Shown here: positions 16,031 through 22,166 of the stretch, piece after piece
Layout of the letters: each line of letters starts with the position of its first letter
Position numbering within the stretch: position 1 is the stretch's first letter
Source: a virus
Lineage: Duplodnaviria; Caudoviricetes
Direction: 5' to 3' (one strand)
Length of the DNA: 25,543 bases
Virus record (IMG/VR): IMGVR_UViG_3300044233_001437
Coordinates: 1 to 25,543 of that record
Notes under the pieces: generated by a model
What the model was told of the DNA's origin: nothing
Database searches by the model: none
What the model saw: only the letters and a program-made list of their open reading frames with translations
Made by a program: the position numbers and the translations under genes

Positions 16031-16720
16031 CTAAACTCCTTGTGGGTAATAGGTTTGTGGTGTTATATACACAGATGTTCTTTGACCATCCTCGTTAAGT
16101 GCTCGTGATAACTCATCTTCATATATAAGTTTGTTCTGTTGCGTTAGGTTTGGATTTATTTTCATACTCATATAATATGCTAGTCCCGCTACCATACACG
16201 GCAAGAAACGAAAAACCACATCAGCTGTATTCGTATACACTCCAGAGTCTTCAATTCTTTTAAGATAATAATACTTTAGATATGTATATGTTGTGGCATC
16301 TGGAACTTGATACAAAGTAATTGTTGGTATTGTCTGTCTATCAACATAATACTGTGATGGTTGACCTTGCGACCCTTTATTAGGCAAAGCTGCATATTCA
16401 CTTCTACTAATTTTTGTTAGTGATACATCGTTTGTAGCACTTGTTGTTCCGGTGGTTGTGCTCACATAAGCTTCAAGTATATCATTAGCATTACTTGGTG
16501 CTGTGTAAGTTTGTGTCCCTGCAGTCAGTAACTGTTCTTTTAGCTCTACTTTCCAAAGATGAACACCTCGGTTTCCCCATTCTGAAAAAAGAATATTTAA
16601 ACTTCGTCTTGCAGATTTTAGATCTTGTCCACTATTAGTTCTTGCTCCGCATCTTTCGTACGCCTCTTGTATGATATCATCAATATCTAAATCGAATGTT
16701 GTTGTTCCTGATGTGGCCAT
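16031..16720 (-). CDS. Head-tail adaptor (P22 gp4 / tail tubular A-like)
   Basis: MATSGTTTFDLDIDDIIQEAYERCG...ARRSLN...EWGNRG..LW, GQPSQYY, RFLPCMVAGLAYY. Confidence 0.65.
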   Translation of the reverse strand: MATSGTTTFDLDIDDIIQEAYERCGARTNSGQDLKSARRSLNILFSEWGNRGVHLWKVELKEQLLTAGTQTYTAPSNANDILEAYVSTTTGTTSATNDVSLTKISRSEYAALPNKGSQGQPSQYYVDRQTIPTITLYQVPDATTYTYLKYYYLKRIEDSGVYTNTADVVFRFLPCMVAGLAYYMSMKINPNLTQQNKLIYEDELSRALNEDGQRTSVYITPQTYYPQGV

Positions 16721-16728
16721 TTTTCATC

Positions 16729-17328
16729 CTAATAAATTGGTGTTTTCTTTTTAAAACCACCTTTTGCCATACCTATACCTCTAATTTTTTTTATGGCATT
16801 TGTAACGCCGCCTTTTTTCTTTTTATTTCTTGCTCTTAATATTTTAAAATCTTCACCAGTAATTTTACCATCCTTATTGGCATCAATCCTTGCTTGACCC
16901 CCAACAAGAAACTCTTCTTTTTGCTGTTTCTTTTTACTTCTTTTCATAAAGGTAGCTGTTTTATCTCTTTTACCTTTAGCACTTTTTATGCTTCTTGTGA
17001 CTGAATCTCCATATTCGTCTGCTCCCACTAAAGCTACACCCATAGGTCCATAAGCCATACCTAAAATTTGTGGATCTTCATCAATCTTCTGTTCAAATTT
17101 ACTTTTTTTTCTTTTAGTCGGGTTTGGTAAAGTAATCTGCTTACGACGAGCTGCTTTCTTCATTTCAGAACGTTCATCAATAACTTTAATTTTTGGTTTT
17201 CTTCCTTTAACTTTTTTTGCTACCTCGTCTTGTAATTTTACTGCAGATTCACCTGGGCCAACTGGTCTTCCTAACTGTTTTGAAAAATATTGTTGCACAG
17301 ATTTAATGCCTTTTGATAATACTGCCAT
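16729..17328 (-). CDS. Lys-rich protein with single EF-hand-like loop, ends RGIGMAKGGFKKKTPIY
   Basis: SD AAGGAG; DANKDGKITGEDF fits DxNxDGxIxxxD. Confidence 0.75.
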   Translation of the reverse strand: MAVLSKGIKSVQQYFSKQLGRPVGPGESAVKLQDEVAKKVKGRKPKIKVIDERSEMKKAARRKQITLPNPTKRKKSKFEQKIDEDPQILGMAYGPMGVALVGADEYGDSVTRSIKSAKGKRDKTATFMKRSKKKQQKEEFLVGGQARIDANKDGKITGEDFKILRARNKKKKGGVTNAIKKIRGIGMAKGGFKKKTPIY

Positions 17329-17343
17329 AATTGTTCTCCTTTA

Positions 17344-17640
17344 CTAGAGTATACCTTTATAATAAGTTTCTATCAACATCCCCTTGCTTGCAAAGGTTTT
17401 AACATTAGTAGGTTTACCACCTACACCTTGAGCTTTAGCTCTTTTTCTTTTTACCGCACTTCGTCTTTGCGATTCGGACATTCTTCGTGCTTTAGCTAAT
17501 GGCACACATTTTGGATATTTTCTCTTCTGATCTGCTTTTAATTTGCTACGACCACATTTAGCATAGGATCCATCTTTTTTCTTTGATCCTATATCAACCC
17601 ACTTTTCGGAAAACCATTTTTTTAATCCACTTTTTGCCAT
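17344..17640 (-). CDS. Small basic protein (GLKKWFxEKWVDI...CGR...YPKCVP; DUF5872-like)
   Basis: Recognised basic phage module; the DUF assignment is from recall, not searched. Confidence 0.7.
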   Translation of the reverse strand: MAKSGLKKWFSEKWVDIGSKKKDGSYAKCGRSKLKADQKRKYPKCVPLAKARRMSESQRRSAVKRKRAKAQGVGGKPTNVKTFASKGMLIETYYKGIL

Positions 17641-17641
17641 A

Positions 17642-18283
17642 CTAATAAATAGGTGTTTTATTTTTAAAACCTTTAATTGCTATTCCACCAATACTTTTTT
17701 TTATTGGAGTTTTTGGACCTTTTCTTGACGGCACAGGAGGCTTATCTGCAGGACCGTGTATATCCGGATCATAATCTTGAAATTCAAAACCATCATCTTT
17801 TGCTGGTATATCTTCAACATTGTTATCTTTATTAAATTTTTTCACTGCAGCATCAAATTGTTTTTTACTACTATAACCATCAATTCTGCCTAAAATAGGA
17901 TCAATAAAAAACTTCTTGATACCACCACGAGCGAATTTTGGTGCTCCACCTTTTTTATACTTTTTACTCCTAGGTGGTTGTCCAAGAATGGTGCTATCAA
18001 TCATATCTTGTATTCTGCCCTCAGTCTCTTGTTCCCTTTTTACTCTTTTTTCAAATTCTTTGGCAAAAGTACCTTTTTTTTCATAAATTTTATCTCTATA
18101 GGCGTCAAAATCGCTTTCAGTTTCAAACTTTAATGCACCAGTTTTTGATCTTTTTCCTTTAGCTTGTTTTGCTTCTTGCTTTATTATATCTTGTTCAATA
18201 GCTTGATCTCGTTCTTTAGCTAAAATCTTTCTACGATTTTTTTCTATGAACCTAAGTAAGTCAAGTGACTTTTTAAATGGCAT
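17642..18283 (-). CDS. Charged hypothetical protein, ends GGIAIKGFKNKTPIY
   Basis: SD AGGAG; 213-aa ORF. Confidence 0.75.
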   Translation of the reverse strand: MPFKKSLDLLRFIEKNRRKILAKERDQAIEQDIIKQEAKQAKGKRSKTGALKFETESDFDAYRDKIYEKKGTFAKEFEKRVKREQETEGRIQDMIDSTILGQPPRSKKYKKGGAPKFARGGIKKFFIDPILGRIDGYSSKKQFDAAVKKFNKDNNVEDIPAKDDGFEFQDYDPDIHGPADKPPVPSRKGPKTPIKKSIGGIAIKGFKNKTPIY

Positions 18284-18292
18284 ATTACTCTC

Positions 18293-18940
18293 CTACAGTA
18301 AATCTTTGTAATATGCCTGAGCTGAAGAGTTCATTAAATTATCATCATCAACATCTACTGATATTGGTGAACCCATAACTTCGTGGCCGCCTACTTTGTT
18401 AAAGCCACCTTTAGAATAAGTTTCATCAATGTAACCACGTTTTCTGTTTTCAGCTGCTATTTTAGAATTTCTTATGTCTATACCTTCGTTCGTTTCTTTA
18501 GCCTCTTTTCTTGCTTGGTAACGAAGAAAGGGTGTTGCAAGTGCCATAATTGGACTACCTGATTCTGCAAGCACATCTAACATACTTGGCTGTCCAGGAA
18601 TAACTCTACTTAACTTTTTCAATTTTGGTTTTCTTGGACCATAAAAATCCTTACCAGGTTTATTGGAATATCTTTTTGATTTGTAAGCCTCAATTTTTTT
18701 TTGAACTTTCTTTCGTGTTCTTACTGAAGCCTCTTTATCAATTTCTCTTTTTGGGTTTTTAGATTCCATAATATCTCCTGTTTTAGCTTTTTTAGGACCC
18801 CAGTCTTTTCTTTTTTTACCGCTTGGGTCTTTAATTTTACCTGCACATATTTTTGATGCATAAGCGTTTGCATATGCGGAAGGATATACCTTAAATTTTC
18901 TTTTAGCTGCTGCTTTTCCTCTAGGACATAATTTAGTCAT
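18293..18940 (-). CDS. Basic protein with KLCPRGKAAAKRKFKVYPSAYANAYASKIC N-terminal module, ends YYKDLL
   Basis: Recognised basic N-terminal module followed by a long low-complexity basic extension. Confidence 0.75.
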   Translation of the reverse strand: MTKLCPRGKAAAKRKFKVYPSAYANAYASKICAGKIKDPSGKKRKDWGPKKAKTGDIMESKNPKREIDKEASVRTRKKVQKKIEAYKSKRYSNKPGKDFYGPRKPKLKKLSRVIPGQPSMLDVLAESGSPIMALATPFLRYQARKEAKETNEGIDIRNSKIAAENRKRGYIDETYSKGGFNKVGGHEVMGSPISVDVDDDNLMNSSAQAYYKDLL

Positions 18941-19571
18941 TAGTTACTTTACCATTCTTAAGTATGTCAGTAAACCCTATCCAACCTGTTACAATATACT
19001 TTTCTGATGTATGTGTGACTTTGCTTCTGTGTAAGTGACTATTCCAAGCTGACCAAAATAATGTAAGCCCTTTGATAGCAGGAACATAAAGTTGTTGAAG
19101 AGCAAACTCTGTTCCGCCATCAGCTATTGAGTTAAGATAAGTCATATATACAAGATATCTATTATTCTGAACTTTTGTGCCTGCAAAACTATTTTCACAA
19201 TGCCAATCTTTGTAGCCACCACCTTTTTTATAATACTGTATATTTATTTGTTCATACAATCCAAATTTCTTTATCTGGTTTATATGTGGATATTTTTTTA
19301 AATATAATTTTAAACAATCACCCAATTCAGAAACATATTTTTTTCCAAGTTCTGATGTTTCATCTAAACGTAAATCTTCAGAATCTTTTATTTTTTTGTC
19401 AATACGTTCTTTACCTGCATCATAAACAACACCAGCATCTCTTTTAGAATTTTTGGTAAATTCTATAAGCTTATCACAAAGATGATTATCAATAAAATAA
19501 CCACCAATAAGAGAGGAGTGAGGAGTAAGTAATTCATTTCTTTCTTTTTGCGGCACAATGAGCCCTTTCAC
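18933..19571 (-). CDS. 2OG-Fe(II) oxygenase, prolyl-4-hydroxylase-like
   Basis: GGGYKDWHCE (HxE), RYLVYMTYLN...GGTEF, HLHRS, KYIVTGW. The start may be GTG at 19556. Confidence 0.85.
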   Translation of the reverse strand: MKGLIVPQKERNELLTPHSSLIGGYFIDNHLCDKLIEFTKNSKRDAGVVYDAGKERIDKKIKDSEDLRLDETSELGKKYVSELGDCLKLYLKKYPHINQIKKFGLYEQINIQYYKKGGGYKDWHCENSFAGTKVQNNRYLVYMTYLNSIADGGTEFALQQLYVPAIKGLTLFWSAWNSHLHRSKVTHTSEKYIVTGWIGFTDILKNGKVTND

Positions 19572-19683
19572 TAAAACCTTTTGGTCTTTTGCAATTTATT
19601 TTTTGTTTTCTTTTTTTACTCCACTTCTTTTTTTGTGGTGGGTTTTCAATTTGTTTTCTGGTTTGCGATCTTGTTATTGGCAC
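19534..19683 (-). CDS. Small basic Cys/His protein, 49 aa (not in ORF track)
   Basis: GTG start overlapping the endolysin end. MPITRSQTRKQIENPPQKKKWSKKRKQKINCKRPKGFSERAHCAAKRKK carries the WS.K.K..I.C..PKGFS.RAHC motif seen in many phages. Confidence 0.75.
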   Translation of the reverse strand: MPITRSQTRKQIENPPQKKKWSKKRKQKINCKRPKGFSERAHCAAKRKK

Positions 19684-20135
19684 GGGATGTACCTCGTTTT
19701 ACCATTTTGGTCTTTGTAAGCTTTTAGAAATTGTTTTCTATTTTTTTTACTTGAATAGGAAACGTGAATCCATCCGCTGTTAGGGTCTGACTCTTTGTAG
19801 AACTCTAAAATTAGCTGGTCATAATCGTAGTTTTTATTTATGTGCTCAGCTAGTTTTTTATTATCCAAACCAATTATTTCAAAATCGGCAGCCTCCCCCT
19901 TACAGTGTTGAGATTTAGCACTTGACCCTATTTTCTTTGACAGTTCAATACTTCTAAAACCTGAAGATATTGTTATGGGCATTTCAAAACGATCTCTAAT
20001 TGGTTGTAAAAGTTTTTCGCACAATGTTTTAAGACATAAAATTTGTTGTTGATTAGGTTTATTATCAATACCCAAACGAAGTGCCGTTTGTGATTTTGTC
20101 ATTTCTGAAAGTGTAAAATTAGGTGATAGTTTCAT
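19674..20135 (-). CDS. Peptidase M15A family endolysin (Zn peptidoglycan peptidase)
   Basis: MKLSPNFTLSE, SSGFRS, SQHCKGEAAD (H-x6-D), WIHVS. Confidence 0.9.
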   Translation of the reverse strand: MKLSPNFTLSEMTKSQTALRLGIDNKPNQQQILCLKTLCEKLLQPIRDRFEMPITISSGFRSIELSKKIGSSAKSQHCKGEAADFEIIGLDNKKLAEHINKNYDYDQLILEFYKESDPNSGWIHVSYSSKKNRKQFLKAYKDQNGKTRYIPCQ

Positions 20136-20271
20136 TTTTAAATTTTCTCACAAATAAATTAACTGGAAAAGATATGGACACCCATATCGCCCAAATTGAT
20201 AAGAAAAATAAAAAACCAAATACGAGAAAACCGGTGGTTAGAAAATCCAAGAAAGGCTCAATAATACGCAT
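20119..20271 (-). CDS. Small membrane protein, holin/antiholin candidate, 50 aa (not in ORF track)
   Basis: MRIIEPFLDFLTTGFLVFGFLFFLSIWAIWVSISFPVNLFVRKFKNETIT: long hydrophobic stretch with a basic C-tail; overlaps the endolysin start. Confidence 0.55.
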   Translation of the reverse strand: MRIIEPFLDFLTTGFLVFGFLFFLSIWAIWVSISFPVNLFVRKFKNETIT

Positions 20272-20280
20272 AGTCCAATT

Positions 20281-20309
20281 ACTATAAAGTCTTTATTAGA
20301 ATTATACAA
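20281..20309 (-). promoter_or_regulatory. sigma70-like promoter TTGTAT-N17-TATAGT upstream of the lysis pair
   Basis: -35 at 20309-20304, -10 at 20286-20281 in an AT-rich gap; a second TATAAT overlaps the -35. Confidence 0.5.
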
Positions 20310-20344
20310 GTTTTTTATATTATCAATATGATTTTTTATTTGAT

Positions 20345-20671
20345 CTAACATTTCCATCTCCTTCTTGCCTGACAAATTCTTTTGTTAGGCGTTTTTTTAC
20401 AGTTAATATTATGCATTCTAGCCTGTCCTGCACTTCTTGCACAAAAAGACTTTCTACGTTTTGCAGCTTTACTGCCTTTCTTTACTTTACCAGTAACCGC
20501 TGTTTTAAGTTTGGAACCTGGATTCATCCGTCTATAAGCTTTTACTCCAGCTGCAGTCATACCCGCGCCTGATTTAGTTGATCTAAAGTTTTTCTTATTA
20601 CGAGGAGGCATACCTCCTTTCTTTAGACCAAATAAATCTAGATCCTCATAGTATGAATCCATACTATCCAT
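20345..20671 (-). CDS. Small basic Cys-containing protein (DUF6321-like; GVKAYRRxNPGSKLKTAVT...RRKSFCAR...WKC)
   Basis: Recognised motif; the DUF name is from recall. Confidence 0.75.
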   Translation of the reverse strand: MDSMDSYYEDLDLFGLKKGGMPPRNKKNFRSTKSGAGMTAAGVKAYRRMNPGSKLKTAVTGKVKKGSKAAKRRKSFCARSAGQARMHNINCKKTPNKRICQARRRWKC

Positions 20672-21275
20672 AATAAACAGTCGCCGAGGTTACTGTGCCT
20701 GCTGGCATTTTTATATAGGAACCTAAAGTTGAATTTTTCCTAAATAAAATACCCTCATCTGGAATGTACGGTTCAATATAATCTTTTGTAGTGGTCGCAA
20801 CTGTATAGAAGAATAAAACATCTCCTGTTGGACTACCTAAAGCAAAAGAAATATCACCAATTGTTCCACCAGTAGTTATTTGTGCACCTTTTACTCTGTT
20901 AGCTCCTGCAAATATTACGCCTGCAGCTTCAGCAGAGTTTCCTGCTGATGTATTGGTGCCGACTGCTCCACTTGCAGCAATTTGTGTAACGGTAGCAAAA
21001 TACTTAGTTGTAGAGACAGTATTTGCGTTTGGTCCTGCAATTGTTTCAGATTGAGATGCACCATTAGCATCTGTGCCTGTTATCGTAAAGTTCACACCAG
21101 ATATATTTCCTGAGGATGTTAACGTAATCAGTGCTACAGTATTAGTGCCAGCAAAAGTAGCAGCGGTGCCTGCTAAAGTCATATCGCCTGCACCACCTAA
21201 AGTTTGAGCTGCCGCCACACTAGTAGTACTAGCTGCTGCTGGTTTAAAGGTTTTTACTTGTAATTGTAAACCCAT
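20664..21275 (-). CDS. Putative virion structural protein (Ala/Thr/Gly-rich beta protein)
   Basis: SD AGGAG; FTITGTDANG..QSETIAGPNA.TV....YF.TVT.I pattern. Confidence 0.65.
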   Translation of the reverse strand: MGLQLQVKTFKPAAASTTSVAAAQTLGGAGDMTLAGTAATFAGTNTVALITLTSSGNISGVNFTITGTDANGASQSETIAGPNANTVSTTKYFATVTQIAASGAVGTNTSAGNSAEAAGVIFAGANRVKGAQITTGGTIGDISFALGSPTGDVLFFYTVATTTKDYIEPYIPDEGILFRKNSTLGSYIKMPAGTVTSATVYYG

Positions 21276-21284
21276 AATTTACTC

Positions 21285-22022
21285 CTATCTATCAGATGCT
21301 GCAAACATATAATCAAGTGTTGTAATTTTAGTTCCAGTAGCATTACCTGATAGAGACATTGCTGCTATTGTTAAAATTTCATCACTAGGAATATTATCTG
21401 TGTGAGTAGCAACTAGTTTTCTGTTAACAAAAAATTCAACTTGTCCAGTATGATTAGAATCTTTTGGACCTTGAATTCTAATGCTTAATGTAACATCAGT
21501 ATCGTTTGTCATATCAACACCAGAATCAGTTGAAGTTTCTGTACCATCTTTTTCTGTTTTACACAGAATAGATGCATCACCGTCATCTTTTTGAAAAACG
21601 ATTCTGTCTGTTGCGGTTAACATATTTTCTGGATTTGTTGCAAAATTTATAGTGAACCCAAAACATAAATCAGTGTCAGTCACGTCAGATGTTCTAACTT
21701 TAGTTTCAAACCATAAGTCTTTGTTTTCCTGTACTTGAAATATTTCATTCTTCTGAATAGAAGCACCATCGTTGTCTGTGGTTCCTGCTGAACTTAAATT
21801 TAGTAAACCATTTAACTGATCAGCAGCTATTGCTACCGATGCTCCTGAATCTTTTACAACAGTCCATCTGTGACCTGTGGCAGAGTCAAAACCCACTCTG
21901 TCAAAATCATCAAAATAAACCACGTAATCTGGATTTTTGTCTATTGGTAAATCCTTAAACCATTTTTTATTGTCATTTACACCCGCAAATAAAATTGGGC
22001 CTGTAAAATGTACACCTGCCAT
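21285..22022 (-). CDS. Putative virion protein with beta-sandwich (ConA/lectin-like) domain
   Basis: SD AGGAG; THF.GP-type N-terminus (VHFTGP), YFDDF, WFETKV, VEFFVN, LDY...A..R; first gene after the MCP. Confidence 0.6.
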   Translation of the reverse strand: MAGVHFTGPILFAGVNDNKKWFKDLPIDKNPDYVVYFDDFDRVGFDSATGHRWTVVKDSGASVAIAADQLNGLLNLSSAGTTDNDGASIQKNEIFQVQENKDLWFETKVRTSDVTDTDLCFGFTINFATNPENMLTATDRIVFQKDDGDASILCKTEKDGTETSTDSGVDMTNDTDVTLSIRIQGPKDSNHTGQVEFFVNRKLVATHTDNIPSDEILTIAAMSLSGNATGTKITTLDYMFAASDR

Positions 22023-22039
22023 AGTTTTCTCCTAGGTTA

Positions 22040-22102
22040 AAAAATGTAGTCCTCTAGGGTGGTCTGCCAAGTCAGTCTACATTTAGTTTATATTATCTTG
22101 GT
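22040..22102 (-). ncRNA. Structured pseudoknot RNA downstream of MCP; candidate Mu-gpT-DE-type motif
   Basis: Minus strand CCAAG(22101-97)...AAATGTAG(22084-77) ACTGA CTTGG(22071-67) CAGAC...AGAGGA CTACATTT(22049-42): two interleaved helices. Location matches my recollection of the Mu-gpT-DE motif; the family assignment is not verified. Confidence 0.5.
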
Positions 22103-22108
22103 AGATTC

Positions 22109-22114
22109 ATTATA
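22109..22114 (-). promoter_or_regulatory. Perfect -10 box TATAAT immediately after the MCP terminator
   Basis: TATAAT at 22114-22109 would start transcription at about 22102, the 5' end of the RNA element. The -35 is weak (TTACGA, 16-nt spacer). Confidence 0.45.
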
Positions 22115-22117
22115 CAT

Positions 22118-22145
22118 AAAAAAAAGGGGCTCGTAAGCCCCTTTT
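22118..22145 (-). terminator. Rho-independent terminator after major capsid gene
   Basis: AAAAGGGGCT-TACG-AGCCCC-TTTTTTTT on the minus strand. Confidence 0.9.
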
Positions 22146-22166
22146 AATCAATATTAATCGTAATAT

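Noticed and set aside
19463-19537. 24-aa hydrophobic peptide MNYLLLTPLLLVVILLIIIFVISL, ATGA-coupled to the 19534..19683 stop
   Set aside because: It lies out of frame over the family-typical oxygenase N-terminus (SLIGGYFID..LCD), and shifted frames in T-rich DNA readily give Leu/Ile/Val runs. It cannot be supported without conservation or ribosome profiling, though proximity to the lysis genes means it is not fully excluded.
14666-20671. GG motifs as bacteriocin/RiPP double-glycine leaders
   Set aside because: No C39 peptidase-ABC transporter or RiPP maturase; the motifs lack the ELSxxEL leader context and mostly lie internally or near C-termini of virion-region proteins.
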